From the NCBI GenBank assembly GCA_963804165.1, contig CAWDPO010000036.1, forward strand, positions 58,682 to 122,681: a DNA stretch of 64,000 nucleotides, written 5' to 3'. Shown here in pieces: positions 39,611-50,350 of the stretch; positions within the stretch are counted from its first letter, which is position 1; each line of letters begins with the position of its first letter. The stretch is from an uncultured delta proteobacterium (GTDB taxonomy: Bacteria; Desulfobacterota; Binatia; UBA9968). The notes under the pieces are model-generated. The model ran no database searches. It saw only the letters and a program-made list of their open reading frames with translations, and was not told the origin of the DNA. The position numbers were made by a program, and so were the translations under genes.

Positions 39611-41474
39611 GTCATGAGAAAAAATTGATTTGGCGTAATCTGGATTAATCCTAAGCGTCGGTGTTTTTTCTTTTTAGAAAAAATCTACCTGCGCCGCAAT
39701 TATTCTGATGCAAACCGTTGAGCGGCTTAAAACTGGCCGATTTTCCCTGCTACACGTCCTTTTTCTCCTCTTTCTCTACGCAGGCTGCATCACCGCGGCC
39801 GCTCGTCTCCAGCAAAGACGAATCCACACTCGGATGTTGTAGGTGAGACAAGCCCACAACGCCTCCATCCCCACCTTGACTAACCCGCGCACGCTGAACT
39901 GGCGTAGCCCAAACTTCGCCTTGATCCACAGATTGGGCGTCTCGGCCACCTGCGCTCTGGTTTTGTAGATCTCGCGCGCTCTTTCGCTCTGCATCTTGTG
40001 GCGAAACTCAGCCACTTCGGCCAACTCTTCGCTGCGATGCACCGATCGCCCCGTCACTCGATTCCCAGGACAACATTGGCTCTTCATCGGACATCCCTCG
40101 CAGTCCGATCTCTGCGCTCGATACCGCTAGCTCAGCTGCAGGTGGCGCTCTTCTTTGCCCTCGTACGAGAGTATCTTTCCCTGCGGACAGCGATCACTAT
40201 TGCTCTGGGCATCGAAGATAAACTGGGAACTTTGATACTCGGCGCTCACGCCGCGGCTGTCATAGGAACTCTGTCCCTTGCCCGCCTCATCGACACAGGG
40301 GGCGATGTACTCTATGGCCTGCCGCTTCATCGCCACGATCGTATCTCGGCTGACAAATCCTCCGTCGGTGACCACCTCTTTAGGGGTCTCGCCTTGGTTC
40401 CGTTGCACTCGGTCAATCCCAGGCTCCAATTGCTCGAAGTCATTGCCCGCTTGCACCACTCCCACCGCCACCACCACACAGTTCTTCGCATCGGTGTCGA
40501 TCTGCACGTTGGAGCTCGGCGCAAAGCCACCGTCAGGTTGCTTCATCACTCGCGCCTCAGGATCACTCGTGCTCACTCGTCTGTGCTCTTTGTCCTTGCC
40601 TTCTTTCTCCAGTTGCTCAAATTCCTTAAGCACCTGCTCCAACCGCTCCTGGCGTTCGCGGGCCGCTCGCTGGCGTGCCGTGGCCATGCGCCGGCTGGTT
40701 TCCTCTTCGCTCTGCGCTTGGAGCGCGGCGACTTGCTCCTTGGCTTCTTTGAGCGCTTGTTCGACTCGCTCTTTTCTCCGAAACCTATCCTGGGCCGCCT
40801 TCGCTCCAATCTTGGTCCCGTCCTGCATCACCCGTTCCAGCGTGATCAGTCCAGCGGCACTCAACAGCCCCAGGATCTGGACGAACAATCCTTGGAGCGC
40901 CTTGTCGTGCTTGACGCGAAAGTCCGATAGCGTATGGGCATTGACCACGACCGATCCCGTCAGCCACTGGTAGGCCGGCTCCCATTCACATAACTCTTCG
41001 ATCGCTCGCGCTGATCCGACTCCTTGACTGTACGCATACACCCACAGGCTGATCAGTAACCGCGGCTCCCACCGGGCCGCCCCGCTTTGCCTTCTACCGC
41101 TCGAACCTCTTCTCGGTACCCGCTCATATCCAGCCGCCCATACAAATTCCCAGATCGCTCGCGCCGCATGCTCTTCCCCGATAAGCCGCTCCACATCCAC
41201 CCGCCGCCAACACAGCTGCTCGCGGTCGATCACTTCGTAGCGCGGCTTGCCAAACCTGGCTTACAATTCTCGGCCCGCCTTCCCCTTCAGCTTCACTCAA
41301 AACCGCCGCTTCACACCCCGGCAATCTCCCTTGTTCAATCCCCACTCTCTTTTCTCGCTCGTCCGCTCCGCTCCACGTCTGACTTCTATTATAAGAACCC
41401 GGCTCTGGCTCTGAACTTCAATATGCTCCTATATATACTACGCCCCTGAGCCGCCGGGTATTTTTTCTCATGTC
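39611..41474 (-). mobile_element. IS1182-family insertion sequence (about 1.86 kb)
   Basis: Terminal IRs GTCATGAGAAAAAAT / ATTTTTTCTCATGTC; 5-bp direct repeat CTGTG at 39606-39610 and 41475-41479. Confidence 0.87.
39776..41300 (-). CDS. IS1182-family DDE transposase, frameshifted
   Basis: LWVYAYSQGVGSARAIE, HTLSDFR, QDGTKI, STSDPEARVMK, DGGF, YKTRAQVAE...FGLRQF; start approximate. Confidence 0.88.
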
Positions 41475-41568
41475 CTGTGCCTCTGCGGTGAAACAATTCC
41501 TGCATTGCTAGTGGCTTCGCCGTACTGGGACCTTCGTGGTGAAATTTGTTTTCTATTCCCTTAAATCA

Positions 41569-42725
41569 TCAGCTAACGATCCGTGGGCCAAAGAGTTTCA
41601 CGGCGTTGTCCCAGAGAATTTTTCGTTTGGCCTCGGCTGAAATCGGATGAGCGTCGAACTCGGGCAGTGCCCGCTCCGGTTGGATGGCATCGGGATGAGG
41701 ATAGTCGGTGTTCCAAACGATATTGTCACCGTGAAGCTCGTCGACGACGTACTCGAGTCGCGCTCGTCGCTGTCGCAGGCGATTACGCACTGGCGCATAA
41801 AGTATTCCGTCGGACGGAGCTTGAGCTTCTCCGATTTGCCCATCACGCTGTTGCGACCGTGAGTGTGATCGTCCATTCTGCCAAGCCAAAACGGCAACCA
41901 GCCCGAGTTCGATTCGAGAACGGCGAGGCGCAACGCCGGAAAGCGTTCCAAGATACCGGTGAAGATAAAATGGCCGAGCGTGGCCATGTTGTCGCAAGGA
42001 AATCCCAGAGCGTGATTCAGCCCGCGCAGGGCGAGCTGCATATCATCGCGCCGGTCACCTTCGAGTGCTCGAAACGGCTGAAATCGGCGTTGACGGTTCT
42101 CGCCGTGACAAGCGATGGGAAAATCCAGCTCGCAGGCTAAGTTCCACAACGCGTCGTACTCGGGCTCGTGCAGCCACTTGCCCTCCGACAAATAGGGGTT
42201 GCGCACCGAAACGGCGCCCAGCTCGTGCACGGCACGGTGCGCTTCCTTTACCATTTCGCCGACGTCGGAGCCCGGCAACACGGCGACGAACTTGAGACGC
42301 TTGGGATCGACACTGCAATAATCATGGCACCAATTATTGTAAGCGCGGCACATCGCCGCGCCCAAGTGAACATCTTTCAATGCGACGCGGTAAGCGAAGT
42401 TGCCGTTGTTGCCGGTCGGCAGCAACACTTGGATATCCCAGCCGAAGCGGTCCATGTCCGTGAGGCGAATTTGCGGCGACCACCATTGCCGGTAGGCCTC
42501 GCCATACTTTTCTTCCATCGCGCGGCGCGCGCTCTCCGTCGGCGCCGCCTGGATCTCGCCCTTGGGAACAAATTTTCCGTCCGGCTCGTAAACCATGAAG
42601 TCGCCGTCCATGAAGGCAACCTTCGGTACTTGGTCGCGGTATTTCGGTTCGACGTAGCGTTCCCAAAGGTATTGCGGCTCATGCATGTGAGCGTCGGCGT
42701 CGATGACTTTGAAATTTTTCCACAT
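41569..42725 (-). CDS. Amidohydrolase_2 family protein, frameshift near the C-terminus
   Basis: IDADAHMHEP, RAYNNW, GILERFPALR, ESNSGWLP, TDYPHPD in the second frame. Confidence 0.87.
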
Positions 42726-42825
42726 AAGCGTCTCCGATTCCTAAGTCGGTTATAGATTGAGAAGAGGAAATGTTGACGTTGCGCCTCCAACTCCAAATCC
42801 CTCCGCGTGCCCTGATTCGACACCG

Positions 42826-43644
42826 TTACTTCACGATCGTTACTACACGTGCTTGGATCTTGCCATCCACGGCGTCGCGTCCGAATCTGTTCGCGATAGC
42901 TTCCGCGGCGACGGTGGTTGCGTACGCCAGCGGTGGGGGATTCCGCGCTTCTATCTCGTTTCGCAGCGGCGTGCCCTGACAATATGCGATGGCGGGGTGG
43001 TCGCACGACGCCGCGTGGCTGCGGGCCGCCAGTGTTGTGATTTCAGGTGAAGTCGTGAACCCGCCACCCGCGAGATCCCGTCTAATGGTCTCAACGTCAT
43101 GATAGCCGTGCGGTGTGCGCGCGAGGAAGCGCGGCGGATCGTCCGGGAAAAGCGCCTCAAGCGCGGTCGTCACTGTGTCGGCGAACTCATTCTCCTGGAT
43201 ACGATCCCACGCGTTGAAAATGAAGATACCGCCCGACCTGAGCACTCGGCGTACTTCCGAATACGCTACCCGTTTTTCCGGGAAAAACATGACTCCGAAC
43301 TGGCATGCGACGGCATCGAAGGCGCCGTCTGCAAAGGGGAGCTTCATGGCATCCGCCTGGCGCCAAGTGACCGGACGCTTGGTGCCGCGCGCGGCGGCTT
43401 GGTCGAGCATGGACTGATTCAAGTCCGTGGCCACAATGGATACGGACTCGGGCAGCGCCGTTGCCATGGCACGGGTTACGACGCCGGTGCCGGCCGCTAT
43501 TTCGAGCACTCTCGACAACGGTCTCGACGCTAAACGCGCCGCCAGTTCCGCAGCGTACGGCTCGAAGATCATTGGAACCAAATATGTATCGTAAAGTTCC
43601 GGGATCGAACCGGCGAAGAGTTTGTCGGATCCGTAGCTGCTCAT
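42826..43644 (-). CDS. Class I SAM-dependent methyltransferase
   Basis: VLEIAAGTG, DLNQSML, ADAMKLPF, CQFGVMFF. Confidence 0.9.
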   Translation of the reverse strand: MSSYGSDKLFAGSIPELYDTYLVPMIFEPYAAELAARLASRPLSRVLEIAAGTGVVTRAMATALPESVSIVATDLNQSMLDQAAARGTKRPVTWRQADAMKLPFADGAFDAVACQFGVMFFPEKRVAYSEVRRVLRSGGIFIFNAWDRIQENEFADTVTTALEALFPDDPPRFLARTPHGYHDVETIRRDLAGGGFTTSPEITTLAARSHAASCDHPAIAYCQGTPLRNEIEARNPPPLAYATTVAAEAIANRFGRDAVDGKIQARVVTIVK

Positions 43645-43903
43645 TCCGTCCCGGCCTCCCATTGGGGTGCTTCTGGGGTTCGTTGGCTATAGTCGTCTGC
43701 GGAATGAATACGCATTGGGTATGGTCGCGTAGCCGATTTATTCGATGTTCCCGTCATGAAGTACTGCTAGTCTGCGCTCCAACGGTCTGCCAATGAGCCG
43801 CTAGACAGATTTACTCGACGGTTAGCGGTCACCTGCGTTAATGTTGTCGAATCTTCACGTGCTCGGTTGTCCAATCCGAAATTATGCTGGCGGTCTCGCG
43901 TTC

Positions 43904-45016
43904 CTACTGCTTGACGTGTTTCACCAGTTGTCTCGGGCCGACTTCTCCGCCGTACACGTTGCCCTTCGCATCCACTGCCAAGCCCTCCGCTGCACTGGTT
44001 CCCTTCATTTCGAGCGGGTCGGGGATGCGGTAGAGGACTTTGCCATCTTTGAGGCTGCCGATCCGGATCCCTCGTTTCCATCCCGGGTGTGGAGCCACAC
44101 CGTTGGATTCCGAGTCGGCCACATAGATCATGTCGTTCCTGATGTAGACGCCGCTTGGGCGACTGAATTGCTTCCACTCGCCGAGGTACTTCCCTTCCTG
44201 ATCGAAGATTTGGATGCGCATGTTGCCGCGGTCGGCGACAAAGAGTCGTCCCTGCGCATCCATGGCAAGGTCGTGAGGTCCTCTGAATTCTCCCGGCCCC
44301 GATCCCAGCTTACCAAAGGACTTTATGAACTTACCGTCCTTCGTGAACTTGGAGATGCGTGAAACGGTTTCCGGCGGCGCTTGAGGATTCTGATTGTGAC
44401 CTTCGGAGATGAAGATGTCGCTGTTCGGCGCGATCACGACACTGGTCGGTTGGGTCAAGGCGTCCGGCGGATTGCCGGCCACTCCGCGCTGCCCAAGCGT
44501 CAACAAGACCTTGCCGTCTGGACTGAACTTGACGACGACGTGACCCTTTTCTTTTTCTCCGGGGAACTTCGCGAGCTCCCGCTCGTTTGCCGATCTTTGG
44601 TCGGCCACCCACAGGTTGCCGTCCCGGTCGACATAAATCTTGTGGGGAAAAATAAACATGCCGGCGCCGAAGCTTTTCACCAGGTTGCCGGATGAATCAA
44701 ACTTGAGAATCGGCGCGAGGGTTGAACCGGCGCAGCTGTCGTACTGAAACGCGGACGCACCAGGCGGAGTATCGGGATTCGCGCCGCAGCGGTCGGCAAC
44801 CCAGACCGATTCGCCGTCGTTATCGATGGCGACGGCGTTCAGCGCTCCCCACTTCCTGCCGTCAGGGAGTTTTCCCCACGGTGCAGTGGTTTGGTACGGA
44901 TTAGGCAAGTCATTAGTGGGCTCGACTTCATCCTGAGTGTACGCTCCGCCGCCACACAGCGTCAGTACGGCGACGGTGATGAACATCATCAACCTTGATC
45001 GATCCGCGTCTGGCAT
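43904..45016 (-). CDS. Secreted NHL-repeat beta-propeller (peptidylglycine alpha-amidating lyase-like)
   Basis: Signal peptide; repeats such as GPGEFRGPHDLAMDAQGRLFVADRGNMRIQIFD. Confidence 0.87.
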   Translation of the reverse strand: MPDADRSRLMMFITVAVLTLCGGGAYTQDEVEPTNDLPNPYQTTAPWGKLPDGRKWGALNAVAIDNDGESVWVADRCGANPDTPPGASAFQYDSCAGSTLAPILKFDSSGNLVKSFGAGMFIFPHKIYVDRDGNLWVADQRSANERELAKFPGEKEKGHVVVKFSPDGKVLLTLGQRGVAGNPPDALTQPTSVVIAPNSDIFISEGHNQNPQAPPETVSRISKFTKDGKFIKSFGKLGSGPGEFRGPHDLAMDAQGRLFVADRGNMRIQIFDQEGKYLGEWKQFSRPSGVYIRNDMIYVADSESNGVAPHPGWKRGIRIGSLKDGKVLYRIPDPLEMKGTSAAEGLAVDAKGNVYGGEVGPRQLVKHVKQ

Positions 45017-45072
45017 CGGCGCACTCCTTGAAAGAATTCGTTAATGATCTCGATTAGCACATGAGCGAAACT

Positions 45073-46076
45073 TTAGAGTACCTTACGACGTAGCTCCGGA
45101 AAAACCTTCGATACTTTACTCAGCAGATAATCACCATAGATACCGCGAAACTCGTGAACGCTGGCACGATCCCAACGCTCTTCCTTGTTATCATTCGCTT
45201 TTGCGTCGATCTTTATTGGTTTTATTTCGGCGCTGAAGTTTGGATCGAAGAAGAACGGAAATGATAAACGATTATGCCCGGCCAGATTTCGCACGCGATG
45301 AGGCGTGGATAAATAGCGCCCTGCCGTCATGCGATCCAGCATGTCTCCAATGTTGCACACAAACGAGTTAGCTATGGGTGGCGCGGCAACCCAACGGAAC
45401 TTTGTTTTTACCTCTAAGCCTCCCGACATGTCTTGCCTCAGTATAGTCAGCAGTCCATAGTCGGTGTGCTCTCCGACTCCTAAGCTTGATTCACTCTCGG
45501 TGTTAAGTGACTGCGGAGGATAGTTGAAGATCCGAAACAGGATCAAAGGATCTGAAGTGTAGCGGTCGAAAAAGTAGGATTCTTCCAAGCCGAGGCTGAG
45601 GGCGATGCCGGCCATCAGCGAGTGGCCGAGCGTTGTCATCGCGGCCATGTTAGCCAGAACCGTCTCCCGGAATTGCGGTATGTCGGCTGGAAAAAGATTT
45701 GGGCCGTGCAGCGGCGTCCCCGCCATCACGAGCGGGTGATCGTCCTCCAGCTCAGCGCCAAAGTAGATCCCCTCCTTTAAGTCAGGCTTGCCGGACGTGA
45801 GCTCACCGCCGACGGGGAAGTACCCGCGCCACGCTCTACCGCACGCGACATTTTGATTTCGAGTTTTGTCTCGAGTTCTTGTGCAAAGAATTGCCGGCTC
45901 ACTTCCTCAAGCCGCCGCTGGAGGTGTTCGTCCACACCGTGACCGACAATATAAAAGAACCCCCAGTCGCGACAAGCTTGTCCTATTCTGCCCGCGACTT
46001 CGTGGCGATCTTCGTTTCCCGATACCAGCGCACTTATGTCGATAACAGGAATATGTAAGTGACTTGAGTGTGCCAT
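45073..46076 (-). CDS. Isopenicillin N synthase-family 2OG-Fe(II) oxygenase, one frameshift
   Basis: IPVIDIS, WGFFYIVGHGV, HTDYGLLT, NIGDML, STPHRV, RLSFPFF. Confidence 0.88.
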
Positions 46077-46109
46077 CTTGTCTCTGCGCGAAGATCTATT
46101 GCTTGCAAC

Positions 46110-46168
46110 GTTTAACGCTCCAGTTGAGCCACGCGAGGTTTTGCGAGACTCATTCCGGTTGGTTAGGG
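46110..46168 (-). other. Degenerate attC-like site (59 bp)
   Basis: Minus strand CCCTAAC-6-GAATGAGT-18-GCTCAAC-6-GTTAAAC; the upstream gene's TAA stop lies inside the first box. Confidence 0.5.
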
Positions 46169-47011
46169 CTGTTCGTCGAGTTCTTTGAGGACTCTCCCAT
46201 CCTCCGTTCTCCACTCAATAAGTCCGTTCGCGCTGCCGCCCTCGATCACCGCTGCGGCTGCACTCGGACTAGAAAACTCTGTATCTTTGGTAAACTCGTA
46301 AAAGCCGTCCTTCTTGACGAGCGTGCCGTTGGCAATCAACTGGTTGCGGAGCGTAAGCACATACGGATACTTCTTTGCCGACTCGCGTTCCTGCAAGACA
46401 GCCGTAGAGCCTCGAAACACCACAAAACCGTCGGGTGTGCGACGACCACGTCCTTCAGCGCCCTTCATGCGGCAGAAAAGAATGCCGCCGGATTGCTGCT
46501 TGGCGGCTGGTTGTCCGACGGGGATTAGAAGGTCGGAGCCGAGCACCGGCAACAGCTGACGAATGTGCGAAAGGAACACCTCCATATCTTCGCGGTCGGA
46601 TTCGGGTAACTTCGCGCCACCAGGTTGGTTCTGCTCAAGTGTACATCTGCCGACTTGTGCGGCTTCCGTGAGGACCCTGTTCTCGAGGTATCTCACATGA
46701 GCCTTAGTCAGATTTTCATCTTTGCTGACAAACACTATCGCTGAAATCCAGAATTCCTTGGTCTTATGCTGCTTAAGGCGCTCGCGGATAACCTCAGCCT
46801 CGCCGATATACGCGCGCGGTGAGCCGGACAGAGGATCGCTGCCGGACAGAATGTAAACGCCCGCTTTGTCAAGTTCCTCGCGTTGAAGCAGCTCGTCGAG
46901 CTCTGTTCGCGGCGCTGCTATTGCTTTGCCAGTCCAATTGGAGATTTCGGCTGTTCGCAGACTCTTCGCATCTCCGCGAGGCAAAAAAAGTTTGATTGTC
47001 GCTGACGTCAT
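46163..47011 (-). CDS. GIY-YIG nuclease family protein with DUF4357 domain
   Basis: GVYIL...YIGEAE..RERLKQH, LTKAHVRYLE, FSSPSAAAAVIEGGSANGLIEW. Confidence 0.87.
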   Translation of the reverse strand: MTSATIKLFLPRGDAKSLRTAEISNWTGKAIAAPRTELDELLQREELDKAGVYILSGSDPLSGSPRAYIGEAEVIRERLKQHKTKEFWISAIVFVSKDENLTKAHVRYLENRVLTEAAQVGRCTLEQNQPGGAKLPESDREDMEVFLSHIRQLLPVLGSDLLIPVGQPAAKQQSGGILFCRMKGAEGRGRRTPDGFVVFRGSTAVLQERESAKKYPYVLTLRNQLIANGTLVKKDGFYEFTKDTEFSSPSAAAAVIEGGSANGLIEWRTEDGRVLKELDEQP

Positions 47012-47113
47012 GGCTGGTTTTAGCAGGATCCTAGCTGACCACGGACGTCGTTACCGGCGCATTGATTGAGCACCTTTTTAACAACAAGTAGTCCCGCGCG
47101 ATTCTTTCGCGGC

Positions 47114-47988
47114 TCAACTGAGTTGCCTATGAACGAAGTCGATGATCTTTTCCATCGCCCGCCCCGCGTTGGGTGAGTTCGCGTTTCTGCCGATGAAGCC
47201 CTCGGCTTCGCCTTCGAACAATTCCAAATCGAGATGGCCGCCGGCTTTGCGGTAACTTTCGACGAAGCGTTCGCGGTCGGGTTTGGGATGGGCCATGTCG
47301 GCGGTGCCTTGAATATAGAGGGCAGGGGGTAATTCCACTTTTTCTCCGCGTTCGAGCGCGCGCGTGGGGCCGCCTTCGGACATAGCTTCCTCGGTTCCCC
47401 AGAATTGATCATGGCTCGGCAGCACACGGTCGGCAAACTCAGCATGCGCTCCGCCGCGGGTTTTGAGATCTTTGGCGTAGTGATAGCGTCCCAGAGGATC
47501 GATGACGGGCCAACACATGACGACGCAGCGCACGCTGGCGTCGACCTGCGCAGTGCCGGCGGATAGCGGAAGCGCCGAGTAGCGAGGATCGCGCGGCCGC
47601 ATCGCTGCGAGCATCGCTTGATGCCCGCCGCTCGAATTTCCGAGAAGTCCGAAACGTTCCGGGCGGCTGCTTAAATCGCCGGCGCGGCTCTTGAGCCAGC
47701 GGATCGCATAATTGATATCGGCCAGCGCAGCAGGATAAGGCGCCACGGGCGGCATGCGCCAATCCAACGCGGCCACTACTACGCCGCTTTTCGCCAGCGC
47801 CTCGTTGATCGCAGTGTCGTTCGTGGGTCCCCTCGACACCAAGCGCCGCCGTGAAGCTGGACGATGAGCGGGAACGGCCCGGCGCCGGCCGGTTTCAACA
47901 GGCGAAGCAGGAGCGGCTTGTCGCCGTAGCGAAGATACTCTATGTCCTCGATTTCAAGATCGTGATTCGTTAACGCGATTGCTTCCAT
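47114..47988 (-). CDS. Alpha/beta hydrolase (acetyl esterase/HSL-like), one frameshift
   Basis: LHGGAW, PYPAALAD, GNSSGGH. Confidence 0.82.
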
Positions 47989-48046
47989 GATTGCCTCCTT
48001 GGTTTTTAGGGGCGGTGTCGTTACCAACTTAAACACGGATTTGTTA

Positions 48047-48119
48047 GCCCGGAGACGCAGAGTTCGCCGAGATCTTACGTAGTCATGTTTCTCTGCGTAC
48101 TCGGTGCCTCTGCGGTGAG
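48047..48119. repeat. GCAGAG/CTCTGC REP-like palindrome
   Basis: GAGACGCAGAGTTCGCCGAG...CTCTGCGTACTCGGTGCCTCTGCGGTGA; same family as the IS target at 39595/41480. Confidence 0.75.
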
Positions 48120-48142
48120 TTCATTCTTTGTTCGATTCTACG

Positions 48143-48871
48143 CTAATCCGCCGCGACGAGTTTGCCGTCGCGGTGCTCGACGGTCTTGCCGGTCCACTCC
48201 ATTCCTGCTTGCGCGGCAAGCACGAAACCGTTGCCAAGGCTTTCCGGACCGGGCAGACGCTTGCGCGCTTCTTCGGGTGCGTCTTCCGTGGCGATCGCTT
48301 GCTTCGGACTGAAGGCGACGACGCAGACATTCCACTCGCGCTCTTCTTCGGCGACGAAGCGGGTGAACGTGCGAATCGCATCTTTGCTGACCACGTACGG
48401 CGAGGCGCCATGATTTTCCGCCCGGCCGCCACCCCAGAGATTGACGATATTTCCCGAGCGTTGCTCTTCCATGAAAGGGACGACATATTTGGTGCACAGA
48501 AAAGTGCCGCCGAGGTTCGTTTGAATGACGCTGTCCCAAAAGTCTTTGCTCAAATAGCGCACGCGCGGCCAACGCGGAATGCCCCAGTTAAAATGCGGCA
48601 CGATGCCCGCGTCGTTGATCAAGGCATCGATCCGGCCGAAGCGGTCGGCGACATCATAAACCAGCCGCCGCACGTCTTTCTCATCGCGCACGTCCGTGGG
48701 CAAGGCGACGGCTTCGCGATTGATTTGTTGAATTTCGCCGAGCGTCTTATGCATACGTTCGGCGTCGGCGTCGGCGACAACGACTTTTGCTCCTGCTTTA
48801 GCGAGCGTGAGGGCGGCGTGCCGGCCGATCCCTTTGGCTCCGCCCGTGACGATGACAACTTTACCTTGCAT
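48143..48871 (-). CDS. Short-chain dehydrogenase/reductase
   Basis: VTGGAKGIG, GRIDALINDAG, YVVSK. Confidence 0.88.
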   Translation of the reverse strand: MQGKVVIVTGGAKGIGRHAALTLAKAGAKVVVADADAERMHKTLGEIQQINREAVALPTDVRDEKDVRRLVYDVADRFGRIDALINDAGIVPHFNWGIPRWPRVRYLSKDFWDSVIQTNLGGTFLCTKYVVPFMEEQRSGNIVNLWGGGRAENHGASPYVVSKDAIRTFTRFVAEEEREWNVCVVAFSPKQAIATEDAPEEARKRLPGPESLGNGFVLAAQAGMEWTGKTVEHRDGKLVAAD

Positions 48872-48928
48872 GGGGTTCCCCTCCCTAGAAAATCGCCGAA
48901 TTAGAGTCGCATCTTGCCTGCATCCGAA

Positions 48929-49001
48929 TTCCAACACTCCACTACTCCAATATTTCCAATTGCCCGCCCCGTTGGAGTGATGGAGTAATGGAGTGTTGGG
49001 G
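48929..49001. repeat. Octamer tandem-unit palindrome, second copy with arms in the opposite order
   Basis: CCAACACTCCACTACTCCAA...TTGGAGTGATGGAGTAATGGAGTGTTGG. Confidence 0.8.
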
Positions 49002-49006
49002 TGTGT

Positions 49007-49213
49007 TTAGCCCGCGGTCTCTTCTGCCTTGAACCCGATGTCTTCGTGGCTGTTGTCGCAGAACGGCTTCGTTTTTGAATGCCCGCAGCGGCAAAGGTAG
49101 AGCGGATCGATCTGACTCTCCGCGTATTCCTTGCCGGTGTAATCCAAGACCTGAACGCCGCCGCTGACTTCGTATGGGCCGTTTTTGAGGGCTTTTACAG
49201 TCACGTTAGCCAT
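49007..49213 (-). CDS. CDGSH iron-sulfur domain protein
   Basis: NGPY, LCRCGHSKTKPFCDNSH; SD GAGGAGG before MANVTVK. Confidence 0.88.
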   Translation of the reverse strand: MANVTVKALKNGPYEVSGGVQVLDYTGKEYAESQIDPLYLCRCGHSKTKPFCDNSHEDIGFKAEETAG

Positions 49214-49345
49214 GATTGGCCTCCTCGCTGAGATCTGTCGGAAACATGTCACACCGAACGAAACCGTGCAACGGTTTTTCGTCACAGAATAGTTCGAAGA
49301 TCACCGTCGTTGGCGGCGCACTTACGGTTATGATAGTAGGGCGCC

Positions 49346-50326
49346 ATGAAGAGAATAATTTTACTCGTGATGTTGGCTATTGGTATCGCGATTCACGGCG
49401 CGTATGCGCAGGAAAAGCTTCGCGTCGGTCAAGGTTCGATCAGTCTGCAATCGGGGCTCATGCATATCGCCAAAGACCGTGGCCTGTTCGCCAAGTACGG
49501 TTTGGTCACCGAGACGATTTATATTCCCGGTGGTTCGACGAATATTCACGTGCTGATCTCCGGCAATCTCGATTTGTCCCAGCTGAGCGGCGCGCCGGGC
49601 GTGGCGGCCAATCTTGAAGGCGCAGATATCGTCTATTTCGCCGGACTGCTCGATAAGCTTAATTACCAGCTCATTACCCGTCCCGAGATCAAAAACATGG
49701 AGCAATTGAAGGGCAAAAAATTCGGCGTCAGCCGCTACGGCTCTTCCGCCGATTTCGGCATGCGCGCAATGCTGAAGCGGGTCGGCGTTGATCCGGTTAA
49801 GGAAGCGAGCATATTGCAGATCGGCGATGAGCCGTCGCGCATCGCCGCGATCAAGTCCGGCAATATCGACGGTACTGTCGCCAATGCTCCCTTCGGCATC
49901 GAAGCAGAGCGGCTCAAGCTGAACGTGATCGCTGACTCGGTCAAGATGGACATCCCGTTCTTCAACACCGGCTTGCTCGGCAGCAAGCGATTCCTGGACA
50001 AGCAGGACGGCAAGGTGATGAACTTCCTGCGCGCGTATTTAGAAGCGATCAAAGTTCTTAAGACCGAGCGGGACTATTCGATCAAAACGCTGGCGCAATT
50101 CACCCGGGTACAAAATCTCAAGGCCGTGCAGGAAGGCTACGATTATTTCGTCAAACAACTCGAACCGGTGCCGTACCCGTCCGTGGTAGCGATGCAGGCG
50201 GTAGTCGATCAAATCGCCGAGAGTAATGCGAAAGCGAAAAACGTCGACGCGAAAAACTACGTCAACGACCGTTATCTCAGGCGGTTAGAAGAAGAGGGCT
50301 TCGTGAAAAGGATTTGGGGCAAGTAA
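49346..50326 (+). CDS. NitT/TauT ABC substrate-binding protein
   Basis: Signal peptide, IAKDRGLFAKYGL, LKGKKFGVSRYGS, LEEEGFV. Confidence 0.9.
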   Translation: MKRIILLVMLAIGIAIHGAYAQEKLRVGQGSISLQSGLMHIAKDRGLFAKYGLVTETIYIPGGSTNIHVLISGNLDLSQLSGAPGVAANLEGADIVYFAGLLDKLNYQLITRPEIKNMEQLKGKKFGVSRYGSSADFGMRAMLKRVGVDPVKEASILQIGDEPSRIAAIKSGNIDGTVANAPFGIEAERLKLNVIADSVKMDIPFFNTGLLGSKRFLDKQDGKVMNFLRAYLEAIKVLKTERDYSIKTLAQFTRVQNLKAVQEGYDYFVKQLEPVPYPSVVAMQAVVDQIAESNAKAKNVDAKNYVNDRYLRRLEEEGFVKRIWGK

Positions 50327-50350
50327 GTTTTTCTTGTCGTAGGTCGCCGT

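Larger units (their letters stand above)
39308..41545. repeat. Multi-layer nested palindromic repeat disrupted by an IS
   Basis: Paired arms 39308-39330/41532-41545, 39341-39370/(39595-39610+41480-41492), 39425-39434/39534-39543, 39450-39463/39512-39525. Confidence 0.75.

Noticed and set aside
43777-43827. Second attC as a stand-alone feature
   Set aside because: Only 51 bp with poorly pairing inner boxes; kept only as weak support for the cassette hypothesis
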